From Bacteroidota bacterium (GTDB taxonomy: Bacteria; Bacteroidota; Bacteroidia; Chitinophagales; LD1): DNA of 62,807 nt. Shown here in pieces: positions 29,159 through 36,470 of this stretch (positions within the stretch are counted from its first letter, which is position 1; every line of letters begins with the position of its first letter). The notes beneath the pieces were generated by a model that saw only the letters and a list, made by a program, of their open reading frames with translations, did not search any database and had not been told where the DNA came from. A program made the position numbers and the translations under genes. The stretch covers positions 1 to 62,807 of the forward strand of contig JAZKEP010000044.1 of NCBI GenBank assembly GCA_040387015.1, in the 5' to 3' direction.

Positions 29159-29692
29159 CTACGTTGATATTAAAGGCTTATCGAAAAGGTCATCGAATTT
29201 CTCGAAGGTGTCTTTAAACATGGGAACTACTTTTCCTGATATCTCCATAACTTTAGGAGCGAGATCATTTATATACGGATAGACATGCGAAGTTTCTTTC
29301 TGGCTTTGCGGAAACACTTCCATCTTATTCAGAAACCAGATGAACACACACAGCACATACACCCCAACCAGCGAATGAAGAAGACCTCCGAAAATCTGGT
29401 TAAACAGATTCATGGAAAAAGATTTCAGAATCTGTTCCAGTCCCCAGCCTATAAGTTTCATTAAGCCCACCACACAGGCCAGCACCAAAATGAAAGCAAC
29501 AATGGCAAGTGTTTTTAAACCAAGGTGCGCGTAATCGTGCAGCGTATCTACAATTAAATAGGAGAACTTAAGCGCGCCCACAATACCCAAAAACCAACCG
29601 AGGATAGAAAAGATGGAATAAATAATTCCGTTTTTGTAGCCCTGATAAAAGCCTAAGGCAATAAATAAAAGAAAGAGAATATCGAAAACCAT
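29159..29692 (-). CDS. CvpA family membrane protein
   Basis: 177 aa, 4 TM, MVFDILFLLFIALGFYQGYKNG start is typical of CvpA. Confidence 0.6.
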   Translation of the reverse strand: MVFDILFLLFIALGFYQGYKNGIIYSIFSILGWFLGIVGALKFSYLIVDTLHDYAHLGLKTLAIVAFILVLACVVGLMKLIGWGLEQILKSFSMNLFNQIFGGLLHSLVGVYVLCVFIWFLNKMEVFPQSQKETSHVYPYINDLAPKVMEISGKVVPMFKDTFEKFDDLFDKPLIST

Positions 29693-29833
29693 ATGGATGT
29701 ATAAATTCGAAAGCCGAAACTCTCAATTCGAAACAGATTTAAATAGCCAAAATTTAAACAGTAGAATGGCCTTGCGAAGAGTATTTAATACGGAATTGAA
29801 CAGGTTTCGTACTCCGGCATTGGCACTTCGAGG

Positions 29834-30283
29834 TTAAGCCAACAGGCTTTTCACCACATCAGCCACTAATTTATTATCCGCTTTGCCGGCTAACTGTTTT
29901 GATACTACACCCATCACCTTGCCCATTTCCTTTTGAGTAGCCGCACCGGTTGTGGCGATAGCCTGCTTTACTATTTCGCGCACTTCATCTTCGCTCATCA
30001 TAGCCGGCAGATATTTTTCAATGACCGACACTTCTGCTTTTTCCTTTTCAATTAAATCGGTGCGGTTAGCTTTTTCAAACTCGGTAATAGAGTCCCTGCG
30101 CTGTTTTACCATTTTCTGCAGCATCTGCACTTCCTTTTCAGGGCTGATAACTCCATTAGCACCTTTCTCGGTTTTAGCCTTAATTATTTCACTCTTAATA
30201 GCACGAACTGCCCTTAAGCCGGCTTCGTCTTTTGCCATCATGGCAGTTTTAATGTCGTTATTGATTGTTTCTTCCAGCGTCAT
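29834..30283 (-). CDS. GatB/YqeY domain protein
   Basis: 149 aa. LEETINNDIKTAMMAKDE...LIEKEKAEVSVIEKYLP matches the YqeY pattern. Confidence 0.75.
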   Translation of the reverse strand: MTLEETINNDIKTAMMAKDEAGLRAVRAIKSEIIKAKTEKGANGVISPEKEVQMLQKMVKQRRDSITEFEKANRTDLIEKEKAEVSVIEKYLPAMMSEDEVREIVKQAIATTGAATQKEMGKVMGVVSKQLAGKADNKLVADVVKSLLA

Positions 30284-30400
30284 GGTTTTAATTTTAGAGG
30301 CGGTAAAAATAGAAAATAATGCAAGCGCACTAAAAATTACAAATGACGGATTATTCTACATTTAGACCATGAACAGTGAGCAACGGCAAACTTTGTTTAA

Positions 30401-31726
30401 GTGAGCAATCTAATTCGCGGATTAAGTTTACGGCAGGCGGTGGCAATAAACACCATTGACATGGTGGGTATAGGCCCGTTCATTACTATCCCTTTTATAA
30501 TAGGAGCCATGAACGGACCGCAGTGTATTCTTGCCTGGGTGCTGGGCGCGGTTCTTTCTTTTGCGGATGGCTCGGTTTGGGCAGAGCTTGGAGCCAAGTG
30601 GCCCATGGCAGGAGGCAGTTACAACTTTCTTCAGAACCTTTATGGCAAAAAGAAATGGGGCCGGCTTCTTTCATTTCTATACATCTGGCAAACAATCATA
30701 CAGGCGCCTTTGGTGGTAGCATCGGGCGCTATCGGCTTTGCGCAGTACCTTACTTTTTTGGTTCCGCTGAGTGCTTTTGAGCAGAAAGCTGTTTCGGGTG
30801 GCCTGGTAATTCTTATTACTGTTTTACTTTATCGTAAAATAACCGAGATAGGAAAAATATCGGTGCTGATGGGAATGATAGTAGGCGGCACTATCCTTTG
30901 GCTGATTGTAAGCGCAGTGCCGCATTTTAAACCTGCACTCGCTTTTACCTACGCGCCCGGTGCTTTTGACCTTACACCTGTTTTCTTTTTCGGGCTAGGG
31001 CAGGCAAGCATCAAAACTGTTTACTCTTTTCTGGGTTATTACAATGTATGTCATTTGGGTGGCGAAATTAAAGACCCCGAGCGCAACATTCCGCGAAGCA
31101 TTTTTATTTCTATTGCCATTATTGCTGTGCTATATCTGCTGATGCAGGTTGCCATACTCGGTGTAATACCCTGGCAAGAGGCGAAAGATTCTCCCTTTAT
31201 TGTAAGCCTTTACTTTGAGCGCATCTACGGACATGCCACCGCACAGATAGCTACTGGATTGGTGCTGTTTATTGCTATCAGCTCTTTATTTGCGGTACTA
31301 CTCGGTTACTCGCGGGTGCCTTATGCTGCTGCCGCAGACGGCAATTTCTTTTCCGTATTCGCCAAACTACACCCCTCAAAACACTTTCCGCACGTAAGCC
31401 TGCTGGTGCTGGCAGGTATGGCTTTTGTTTTCAGCCTGCTGTTTAAAATGAAAGAGGTGATTACCGCCATCATTATCATGCGCATCATTGTTCAGTTCAT
31501 AGGGCAGGCCGTGGGTATTATTTTATACCATCAAAAAAAGAAACAGGAAAATTTTCCGTACCGCATGTGGCTGTATCCTTTACCCGCTGTGGCCGGAATT
31601 TTAGTGTGGGCATTCATCTTTTTTTCAGCCGAATGGATTTATATAGCTGGAGCGGTAGCTGTTATTGCGGTAGGATGGTTGGTGTATGTGTTAAAAGAGC
31701 TGATGCTTGGGCCGCGCTCGGCTTAA
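30401..31726 (+). CDS. APC family amino acid permease (GTG start)
   Basis: 441 aa, about 12 TM, N-terminal IGPFITIPFI...AELGAKWPMAGGSYNF. Confidence 0.75.
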   Translation: MSNLIRGLSLRQAVAINTIDMVGIGPFITIPFIIGAMNGPQCILAWVLGAVLSFADGSVWAELGAKWPMAGGSYNFLQNLYGKKKWGRLLSFLYIWQTIIQAPLVVASGAIGFAQYLTFLVPLSAFEQKAVSGGLVILITVLLYRKITEIGKISVLMGMIVGGTILWLIVSAVPHFKPALAFTYAPGAFDLTPVFFFGLGQASIKTVYSFLGYYNVCHLGGEIKDPERNIPRSIFISIAIIAVLYLLMQVAILGVIPWQEAKDSPFIVSLYFERIYGHATAQIATGLVLFIAISSLFAVLLGYSRVPYAAAADGNFFSVFAKLHPSKHFPHVSLLVLAGMAFVFSLLFKMKEVITAIIIMRIIVQFIGQAVGIILYHQKKKQENFPYRMWLYPLPAVAGILVWAFIFFSAEWIYIAGAVAVIAVGWLVYVLKELMLGPRSA

Positions 31727-31736
31727 ACGGAAATAA

Positions 31737-31922
31737 ATAAAAAACGGGGAGCGTTACCCACGCCCCCCGTCCATACTCACGGTTGATAAACCCATCACCA
31801 CAAAAGGCAACCGCTTTCTTTTTACTAACACACCTAAACCATGAAGTCAGAAATGGACTCTGACATCTTATAAACGTTACATACGAAGAAACCTTGCATC
31901 TGGATTTGTGAAGATTAGTTAA
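31737..31922 (-). ncRNA. candidate structured sRNA, tandem unit 1 (includes its upstream box)
   Basis: Box TTAACTAATCTTCACA (31922-31907). Hairpin 1 GTCAGA/TCTGAC (31864-31846). Hairpin 2 CGGTTG/CAACCG with loop CCTTTTGTGGTGATGGGT (31814-31779). GC-rich stem plus T-run terminator (31770-31737). Confidence 0.6.
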
Positions 31923-31931
31923 TGGCTGAAA

Positions 31932-32116
31932 GAATAAAAAAACGGGTGGTATTTGCATACCACCCGCCATACTCGCGGTTGATTACCCATCACCACAAAA
32001 GGCAACCGCTTTTTTATTAACACACCTAAAAAACCATGAGTCAGAAATGAATTCTGACAATTATATAACGCTATATCCGTGCCATTTGTTTTATGCCTGT
32101 TGTGAAGATTAGTTAA
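31932..32116 (-). ncRNA. candidate structured sRNA, tandem unit 2
   Basis: Identical 16-mer box (32116-32101). TGGCACGGATATAGC (32084-32070). Hairpin 1 at 32058-32040. Same invariant loop (32002-31986). Terminator CGGGTGGTAT-GCAA-ATACCACCCG plus T7. Confidence 0.65.
32070..32084 (-). promoter_or_regulatory. sigma-54-type -24/-12 element of unit 2 (TGGCACGGATATAGC)
   Basis: Matches TGGCAC-N5-TTGC at all but one position with correct GG/GC spacing. The -12 GC lies about 12 nt upstream of the first base of hairpin 1. Confidence 0.5.
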
Positions 32117-32121
32117 GCGGG

Positions 32122-32297
32122 GCAAAAATAAAACGGGCGGCATTTACATGCCACCCGCTTATCGCGGCTGTACCCATCACCACAAAAGGCAGCCGCATTT
32201 TACTAACACACTTAAACCCATGAAAATGCTTAAGCATCACAAACATAACATCAAACTTTCGAAATTGTTGCATTTAGTGTTGCAAACAAAAGTTAAT
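32122..32297 (-). ncRNA. candidate structured sRNA, tandem unit 3
   Basis: Only TTAACT of the box is kept. Hairpin 1 is replaced by ATGCTT/AAGCAT. Hairpin 2 stem is GCGGCTG/CAGCCGC (compensated) with the same invariant loop (32189-32173). Terminator CGGGTGGCAT-GTAA-ATGCCGCCCG plus T-run. Confidence 0.6.
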
Positions 32298-32319
32298 CCC
32301 CTCTGGTGCCGTGTTGACA

Positions 32320-32488
32320 TAAAAAAAACGGGCTAGCGTTTCCCACACCACCCGTTTAATACTCACCACTGTTATACAGCAGCTTTCTTTTTCACTATTG
32401 CAGAGCCAAATTCGCGCCTCTGACTCTGCTACATTAGTAACGCCACATACGTGCCAGACAGTATGTTTGCAATGTGAAGATTAGTTAA
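32320..32488 (-). ncRNA. candidate sRNA, tandem unit 4 (diverged copy)
   Basis: Identical 16-mer box (32488-32473). TGGCACGTATGTGGC (32456-32442). Hairpin GCAGAG/CTCTGC (32429-32400). Second hairpin has a different loop. Terminator stem plus T8 (32354-32320). Confidence 0.5.
32442..32456 (-). promoter_or_regulatory. sigma-54-type -24/-12 element of unit 4 (TGGCACGTATGTGGC)
   Basis: Same spacing and a one-mismatch match. Again about 12 nt upstream of hairpin 1. Confidence 0.5.
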
Positions 32489-32520
32489 GGTATAGATCAA
32501 GCGGAAGGGGAGAAATAAAG

Positions 32521-32700
32521 AAGGCAACCTCTTGCGAGATTGCCTCTTTTGTTATTCGATTTTACTCGTTTAACTGATTAGTATATTACAAGCACTATGC
32601 CACTGTGCCAAACCACGAAAAACTATGCTTTTAACAGCGATTCATGATTTTTCTATTGCTCTTTAAACACATCTTGGGGAATGGAATAAATTGCCACATA
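32521..32700 (-). other. terminator-bounded spacer unit without the conserved sRNA motifs
   Basis: Lies between the terminator of the 321-aa gene (32724-32699) and the hairpin GGCAATCT-CGCAAG-AGGTTGCC (32544-32523), which is flanked by T/A runs on both sides. No convincing ORF. Confidence 0.3.
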
Positions 32701-32724
32701 AAAAAACGGGGATGTGATATCCCC
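32699..32724 (-). terminator. intrinsic terminator after the 321-aa gene
   Basis: Minus strand reads GGGGAT-ATCAC-ATCCCC followed by T7, about 30 nt after the stop at 32754. Confidence 0.7.
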
Positions 32725-32753
32725 ATTCTTCCCTTAAAGATTTATTGCTGCTG

Positions 32754-33719
32754 TTAATTGTGCGCTGCTTTCCAGGGCATAGGAGTAGCATTCGGATTAT
32801 ACACATTCAACAGAGGCCGCGGAATATCGTAGCCTGCTGCCACTGCAATTACCTCCGCTGTGTCGCCTGGTGTTACACTTATTTGTATGGTGCTGGGGCC
32901 CGGGCTGCCGCCTTCGGTATCGCTGAAAAAGAAAATGATGGGACCTCCGCTGGGCGCCAGGTTGGTTAACAACAGATTGGTATCAGCCTGTATATCTTCT
33001 TCATCAAAAGGAATATTTACCCCCGTGCCCATGCCCACCGTTCCGGTAAGCACGTTGGTATCGGTTCCGCTTCCGCCCCCGCTGTTATCTATTGCCCGCG
33101 CCTGCAGATAAAGCAGGAACAACTCATTGTCCACCGCTTCAAAAGTAAGCATGTAAATATCCAGTTGATCGAGCAGCAAATCAGTTTGCTGAAACAGCTC
33201 ATCCACTTCCACACCCGACACCACTTTTTCGCCACGCTTTTCGGCAGGCAATTGTATCACATCAAAAAATGCGACCAGCGCATCGTTCAGTGCCGTTACA
33301 TCGGCAGGGCCACTGTTAAAACCGCTCAGGCTGGCCTGCACCACCAGCGCTTTCTTGTAAAGGTATTTTGCCTTTACATACAAATCGTTATCGCGCGAAC
33401 CTTCAAGATCGCTCTTAATATAGTCGGCCAGTTTTATGCTGCCCAAACTGCCAATGCTCAAAAAATAAGCGGCAGCAGCGCGGCTTACTTTCAGGGTTAT
33501 TACTTCTAAATCAACGCGCTCCTGCGCTTTTTCATCGGTGAAACCCGTGGTGTCGCTGGTGGCAACACCCGCTTCATCTACAATGGCCTCTATGTTATCG
33601 TCCAGCTCGGTTTTTATACCCGCAATTTGAGTTACCCCTGCCAGCTCGGTGGCTTTGGTATCCAGAAAAGAAGCGACCTTTTCAAACATGCCTAATTTAT
33701 CTTCCTGTTCATCTGTCAT
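32754..33719 (-). CDS. orphan hypothetical protein, helical N-terminal two thirds and Gly/Thr-rich beta-like C-terminal domain (start at MTDEQEDK preferred over the track start 33815)
   Basis: Long clean ORF with ordinary amino acid composition, no signal peptide and no recognised motif. Antisense ORFs in the track are shorter and low complexity. Confidence 0.6.
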   Translation of the reverse strand: MTDEQEDKLGMFEKVASFLDTKATELAGVTQIAGIKTELDDNIEAIVDEAGVATSDTTGFTDEKAQERVDLEVITLKVSRAAAAYFLSIGSLGSIKLADYIKSDLEGSRDNDLYVKAKYLYKKALVVQASLSGFNSGPADVTALNDALVAFFDVIQLPAEKRGEKVVSGVEVDELFQQTDLLLDQLDIYMLTFEAVDNELFLLYLQARAIDNSGGGSGTDTNVLTGTVGMGTGVNIPFDEEDIQADTNLLLTNLAPSGGPIIFFFSDTEGGSPGPSTIQISVTPGDTAEVIAVAAGYDIPRPLLNVYNPNATPMPWKAAHN

Positions 33720-33813
33720 GGTATGTGTGTTTTTAAATGATGAAATAATTTGATGACACAAATGAAAACACTTGCTGCCCTTCGCGCAATAGCAAAAGCC
33801 CCTTCCAAAGGGC

Positions 33814-34004
33814 ATATAGGCTGTTTCGTTACAGCTATAGGAAATTAAGTGAATGGTATAGGCTGTTTACCTACATGTTTCGGCCGTTCCATTAAACGTT
33901 CAGGCTGTTTCGTAGCCTATATAGGCAATTTAGTTACAGCCATCGGCTGTTTCGTAACGCTTATAGGAAATTTAATTACAACTATAGGTTGTTTCGAATA
34001 TGAA
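33814..34004. repeat. array C: 9 head-to-tail 20-22 bp units, two alternating subtypes (42-bp superperiod)
   Basis: ATAGGCTGTTTCGTTACAGCT-type units (33816, 33858, 33901, 33942, 33984) alternate with ATAGGAAATTTAATTACAACT-type units (33837, 33963; intermediate forms at 33879 and 33921). Located in the divergent intergenic region between 33719(-) and 34068(+). Confidence 0.85.
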
Positions 34005-34067
34005 AATATCGTCACGTCTTCCGCAATTCGCACTGCAATGAATTTTATAACCTAAAATCAAAACAGT

Positions 34068-34469
34068 ATGCTGGCATTCAACTTACGAAACGTTTTAAAG
34101 ATGAAAGGAATTGACGAACCTTATCCCTGGCTACGCAAGCGCGCTATCAGCGATGATATTATCAAGCGCTATTTAAGCGGCAAGGTGGTAAAGGTGGATA
34201 TGCGCCACCTCGAAATTTTTTGCTACGACCTTAATCTGCGGCCCAACGACTTTTTTATCTGGCAGCCTGACAGGCATACCCGCGATATTGAAAATCACGC
34301 GCTGCAGGAAATTCGCAGCGATCAGCCACTGCCCGATGTGGACAGCATTGCTAAAAAACTTTCAACCAAATCGCTGCGCAAGCTGGAAGAAGCCGCGCGC
34401 AAAATTGCCGAAGAGGAAATTGAAGAACGCAAAAAGAACATTGAGGCGAAGAAGAAAGGGAAGAAGTAG
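34068..34469 (+). CDS. XRE-like helix-turn-helix protein with charged C-terminal coiled coil
   Basis: LRNVLKMKGI...ISDDIIKRYLSG...LEIFCYDLNLRPNDFFIWQP, then KLEEAARKIAEEEIEERKKNIEAKKKGKK. Same architecture as 7309..7671. Confidence 0.55.
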   Translation: MLAFNLRNVLKMKGIDEPYPWLRKRAISDDIIKRYLSGKVVKVDMRHLEIFCYDLNLRPNDFFIWQPDRHTRDIENHALQEIRSDQPLPDVDSIAKKLSTKSLRKLEEAARKIAEEEIEERKKNIEAKKKGKK

Positions 34470-34496
34470 AGCGCTGCTTATAAGCACAAAAAATAA

Positions 34497-34518
34497 AGGC
34501 GGTTCTTGCGAACCGCCT
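34497..34518. terminator. hairpin AGGCGGTTC-TTGC-GAACCGCCT, probably bidirectional terminator
   Basis: 9-bp GC-rich stem. A-run upstream on the plus strand (T-run on minus) and a weak T-rich tail on plus. Lies between convergent genes 34068..34469(+) and 34683..35489(-). Confidence 0.5.
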
Positions 34519-34682
34519 CGTTACTATTTGATGTTACTCATTTAGTTGACTTGTAAATTGCAACAGCTGTGCCAAAGCAGTTAGCCGCAGAAACCCCGGT
34601 TTTTTGCCGCATTTAACAGCTATTGCTGGGGCGTTATAGAATATAGCTGGGGAAATTGAGAAGTATTTTCTCAGCGCGGGTA

Positions 34683-35489
34683 TTATTTCGTACCCGAAAC
34701 AATGAAGCAGGAATAGGAAGCAAAAAATTTGTCGTTTTTCAAATCCTGTTTCAGCACTTCCCACCAGGCAGCTATTTCGTTGGCAGTAAAAACGCCTTCG
34801 GAAACACCTGTTTGCAACACCCCCTCACAAATTTTTTTGGTTACATCCAGTTGGCGGTCGGTATAACTGAAGGGTTTCACTTTTACATCCTTAAAACCAT
34901 TGTCTTTTAAATAATGAAACAGCTCACCACCTACCCGCCCGCTGGGGAAACTGTCAGAAACATAGCGCACAATTTTTCGTGTCAGTGCTTTATCGGTATG
35001 GGCAATCATCATGGCATCCCAGTCGGTGTCGAACACCACCAGCCTGCCTCCCGGTTTCAGCAGTCGCTTAAATTCGGTAAACGCAGCAGCCGTATCTTTA
35101 ATATACATCAGCACCCTTTCGGTGCGCAGGCAATCGAAACTCTCACTTACAAAAGGCTGATGAACCGCATCGGCCACCATAAACTTTAGCGGCAGGCCCG
35201 AAGTTGCCGTGCTGTTTTGCGCAATATCAATCATGGCGGTGCTCAAATCGGTGCCGGTTACCATTCCTGTTTTACCCACCAGCGCGGCCATCTCTTTTGC
35301 CTGCACACCAATGCCGCAACCAATATCGAGCACCTGGTCGCCTTCGTGTATCTCGAGCAGGCCGAGTTGTATCTCAAAACTTTCGCGCACATGCTGCCGC
35401 TTGCTCACCTCCTCCAGAAAGTTTTTCAGAAACTCGGGTTGCGTATTGTCAACGTTTAAAAATCCGCTGATGATGTTTTGCTTTTCCAT
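34683..35489 (-). CDS. class I SAM-dependent methyltransferase
   Basis: Motif I VLDIGCGIGVQ. 268 aa. Confidence 0.75.
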   Translation of the reverse strand: MEKQNIISGFLNVDNTQPEFLKNFLEEVSKRQHVRESFEIQLGLLEIHEGDQVLDIGCGIGVQAKEMAALVGKTGMVTGTDLSTAMIDIAQNSTATSGLPLKFMVADAVHQPFVSESFDCLRTERVLMYIKDTAAAFTEFKRLLKPGGRLVVFDTDWDAMMIAHTDKALTRKIVRYVSDSFPSGRVGGELFHYLKDNGFKDVKVKPFSYTDRQLDVTKKICEGVLQTGVSEGVFTANEIAAWWEVLKQDLKNDKFFASYSCFIVSGTK

Positions 35490-35518
35490 TTTCAGTTTAC
35501 TATAGTAAAGATAGATTG

Positions 35519-36358
35519 CTAATTAAATAGATTGGTTTGACCTCCATCATCATTCAAATATTTAAACTGCTCAGGATCTCTTACATCTTGTATCCCTCCA
35601 TACTTATTAACGGTTTCTCTCACAATATTGATTGAGCCATTTAAATCTTCCTCAATATCCTTACTTGTAAAACGAAGCACTGACCAGCCCTGGCTTTCGA
35701 GAAGATTATTTCTCTGCTTATCATTTCTTACAGCAGTTGAATCCATATGGTAAAAGTCACCATCAGTTTCGATATTGATATTTTTATTCTTACAGAATAC
35801 AGCAAAGTCAAGAAAGAAATTTCTACTGCTAACCGAAATAAAATACTCGCGTTCAGCGTATATATTACGTTTCAGCATTTCATTCCAAAATCTATCACCT
35901 AATGAACTATTGTTGAAAAGGAAGTTTAGCTCTTTCGAGCCAAAAAATTTTTCTTCTGTGGTAGGAATAAATAAAACTCTTCTTGGTCTTAAACTGATAA
36001 TGGGAATTGGCAGTTGCATTAATGTTTTAAACTCGACTTTGAAATATTCGTTTTCTGTTTTCGCATTTCTAACTTCTTTTGGAAACAACTCACTCCTTTT
36101 AACAACAGATATTTTTCTTATCTCGCCAAACCACTGAATGGTAAATTTTTCCTTTTCAAACTCGCTTGTATGATAGAATGATATCAACTTAGCCTTTCCT
36201 TCTTTGATAATTGGAGGTGCGTTTTTTACAGGTATTCGGTACCATAACTTTTCTTGAGCAATCAGAAAATCTTTTTGATTGTTCATTAAGGCAACAAGAA
36301 CATTGTTTTGAGGCTTAGCCAAAACAGATAGATTTATAAACAAAAGTAAAAGAAGCAT
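35519..36358 (-). CDS. DUF559/Vsr-like (PD-(D/E)xK fold) endonuclease domain fused to an uncharacterised N-terminal domain
   Basis: C-terminus FFLDFAVFCKNKNINIETDGDFYH...RNDKQRNNLLESQGWSVLRF fits the DUF559 pattern. N-terminal 170 aa contains QEKLWYRIPVK. Alternative start at 36286. AT-rich. Confidence 0.6.
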   Translation of the reverse strand: MLLLLLFINLSVLAKPQNNVLVALMNNQKDFLIAQEKLWYRIPVKNAPPIIKEGKAKLISFYHTSEFEKEKFTIQWFGEIRKISVVKRSELFPKEVRNAKTENEYFKVEFKTLMQLPIPIISLRPRRVLFIPTTEEKFFGSKELNFLFNNSSLGDRFWNEMLKRNIYAEREYFISVSSRNFFLDFAVFCKNKNINIETDGDFYHMDSTAVRNDKQRNNLLESQGWSVLRFTSKDIEEDLNGSINIVRETVNKYGGIQDVRDPEQFKYLNDDGGQTNLFN

Positions 36359-36470
36359 TCACTTCCTTACCCTTAATGCGACTCATATTATAACTGCGCT
36401 GCTCTTTGGTATGTACATCGGCCATACTGCTAATTTAGTTCTCTTATTTATTTTTTAAGTTCGCCCTAAC

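Noticed and set aside
31779-32200. The idea that the units encode small K/R-rich peptides containing RLPFVVMG (type I toxin-like or bacteriocin-like).
   Set aside because: The start codons differ between units (GTG, GTG, ATG). The C-terminal parts are unrelated and are dictated by the terminator sequence. There is no TM-length hydrophobic stretch. The 18-nt block shows zero synonymous variation while the stems covary. An RNA-level function fits better, although ribosome profiling could revisit this.
31662-32336. Track ORFs 31662..31970(-), 31919..32143(-) and 32148..32336(+) spanning the tandem units.
   Set aside because: Each ORF runs through terminator hairpins and unit boundaries. The conserved block falls in different frames in different units, and the translations share no conserved protein sequence beyond what the nucleotide identity forces.
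33849-34055. 68-aa ORF with a striking 7-aa periodicity (IGNLVTA IGCFVTL IGNLITT IGCF).
   Set aside because: The periodicity is just the 21-bp DNA repeat read in an open frame. The composition is Cys/Gly/Ile-rich and implausible, and the ORF sits in a divergent promoter region.
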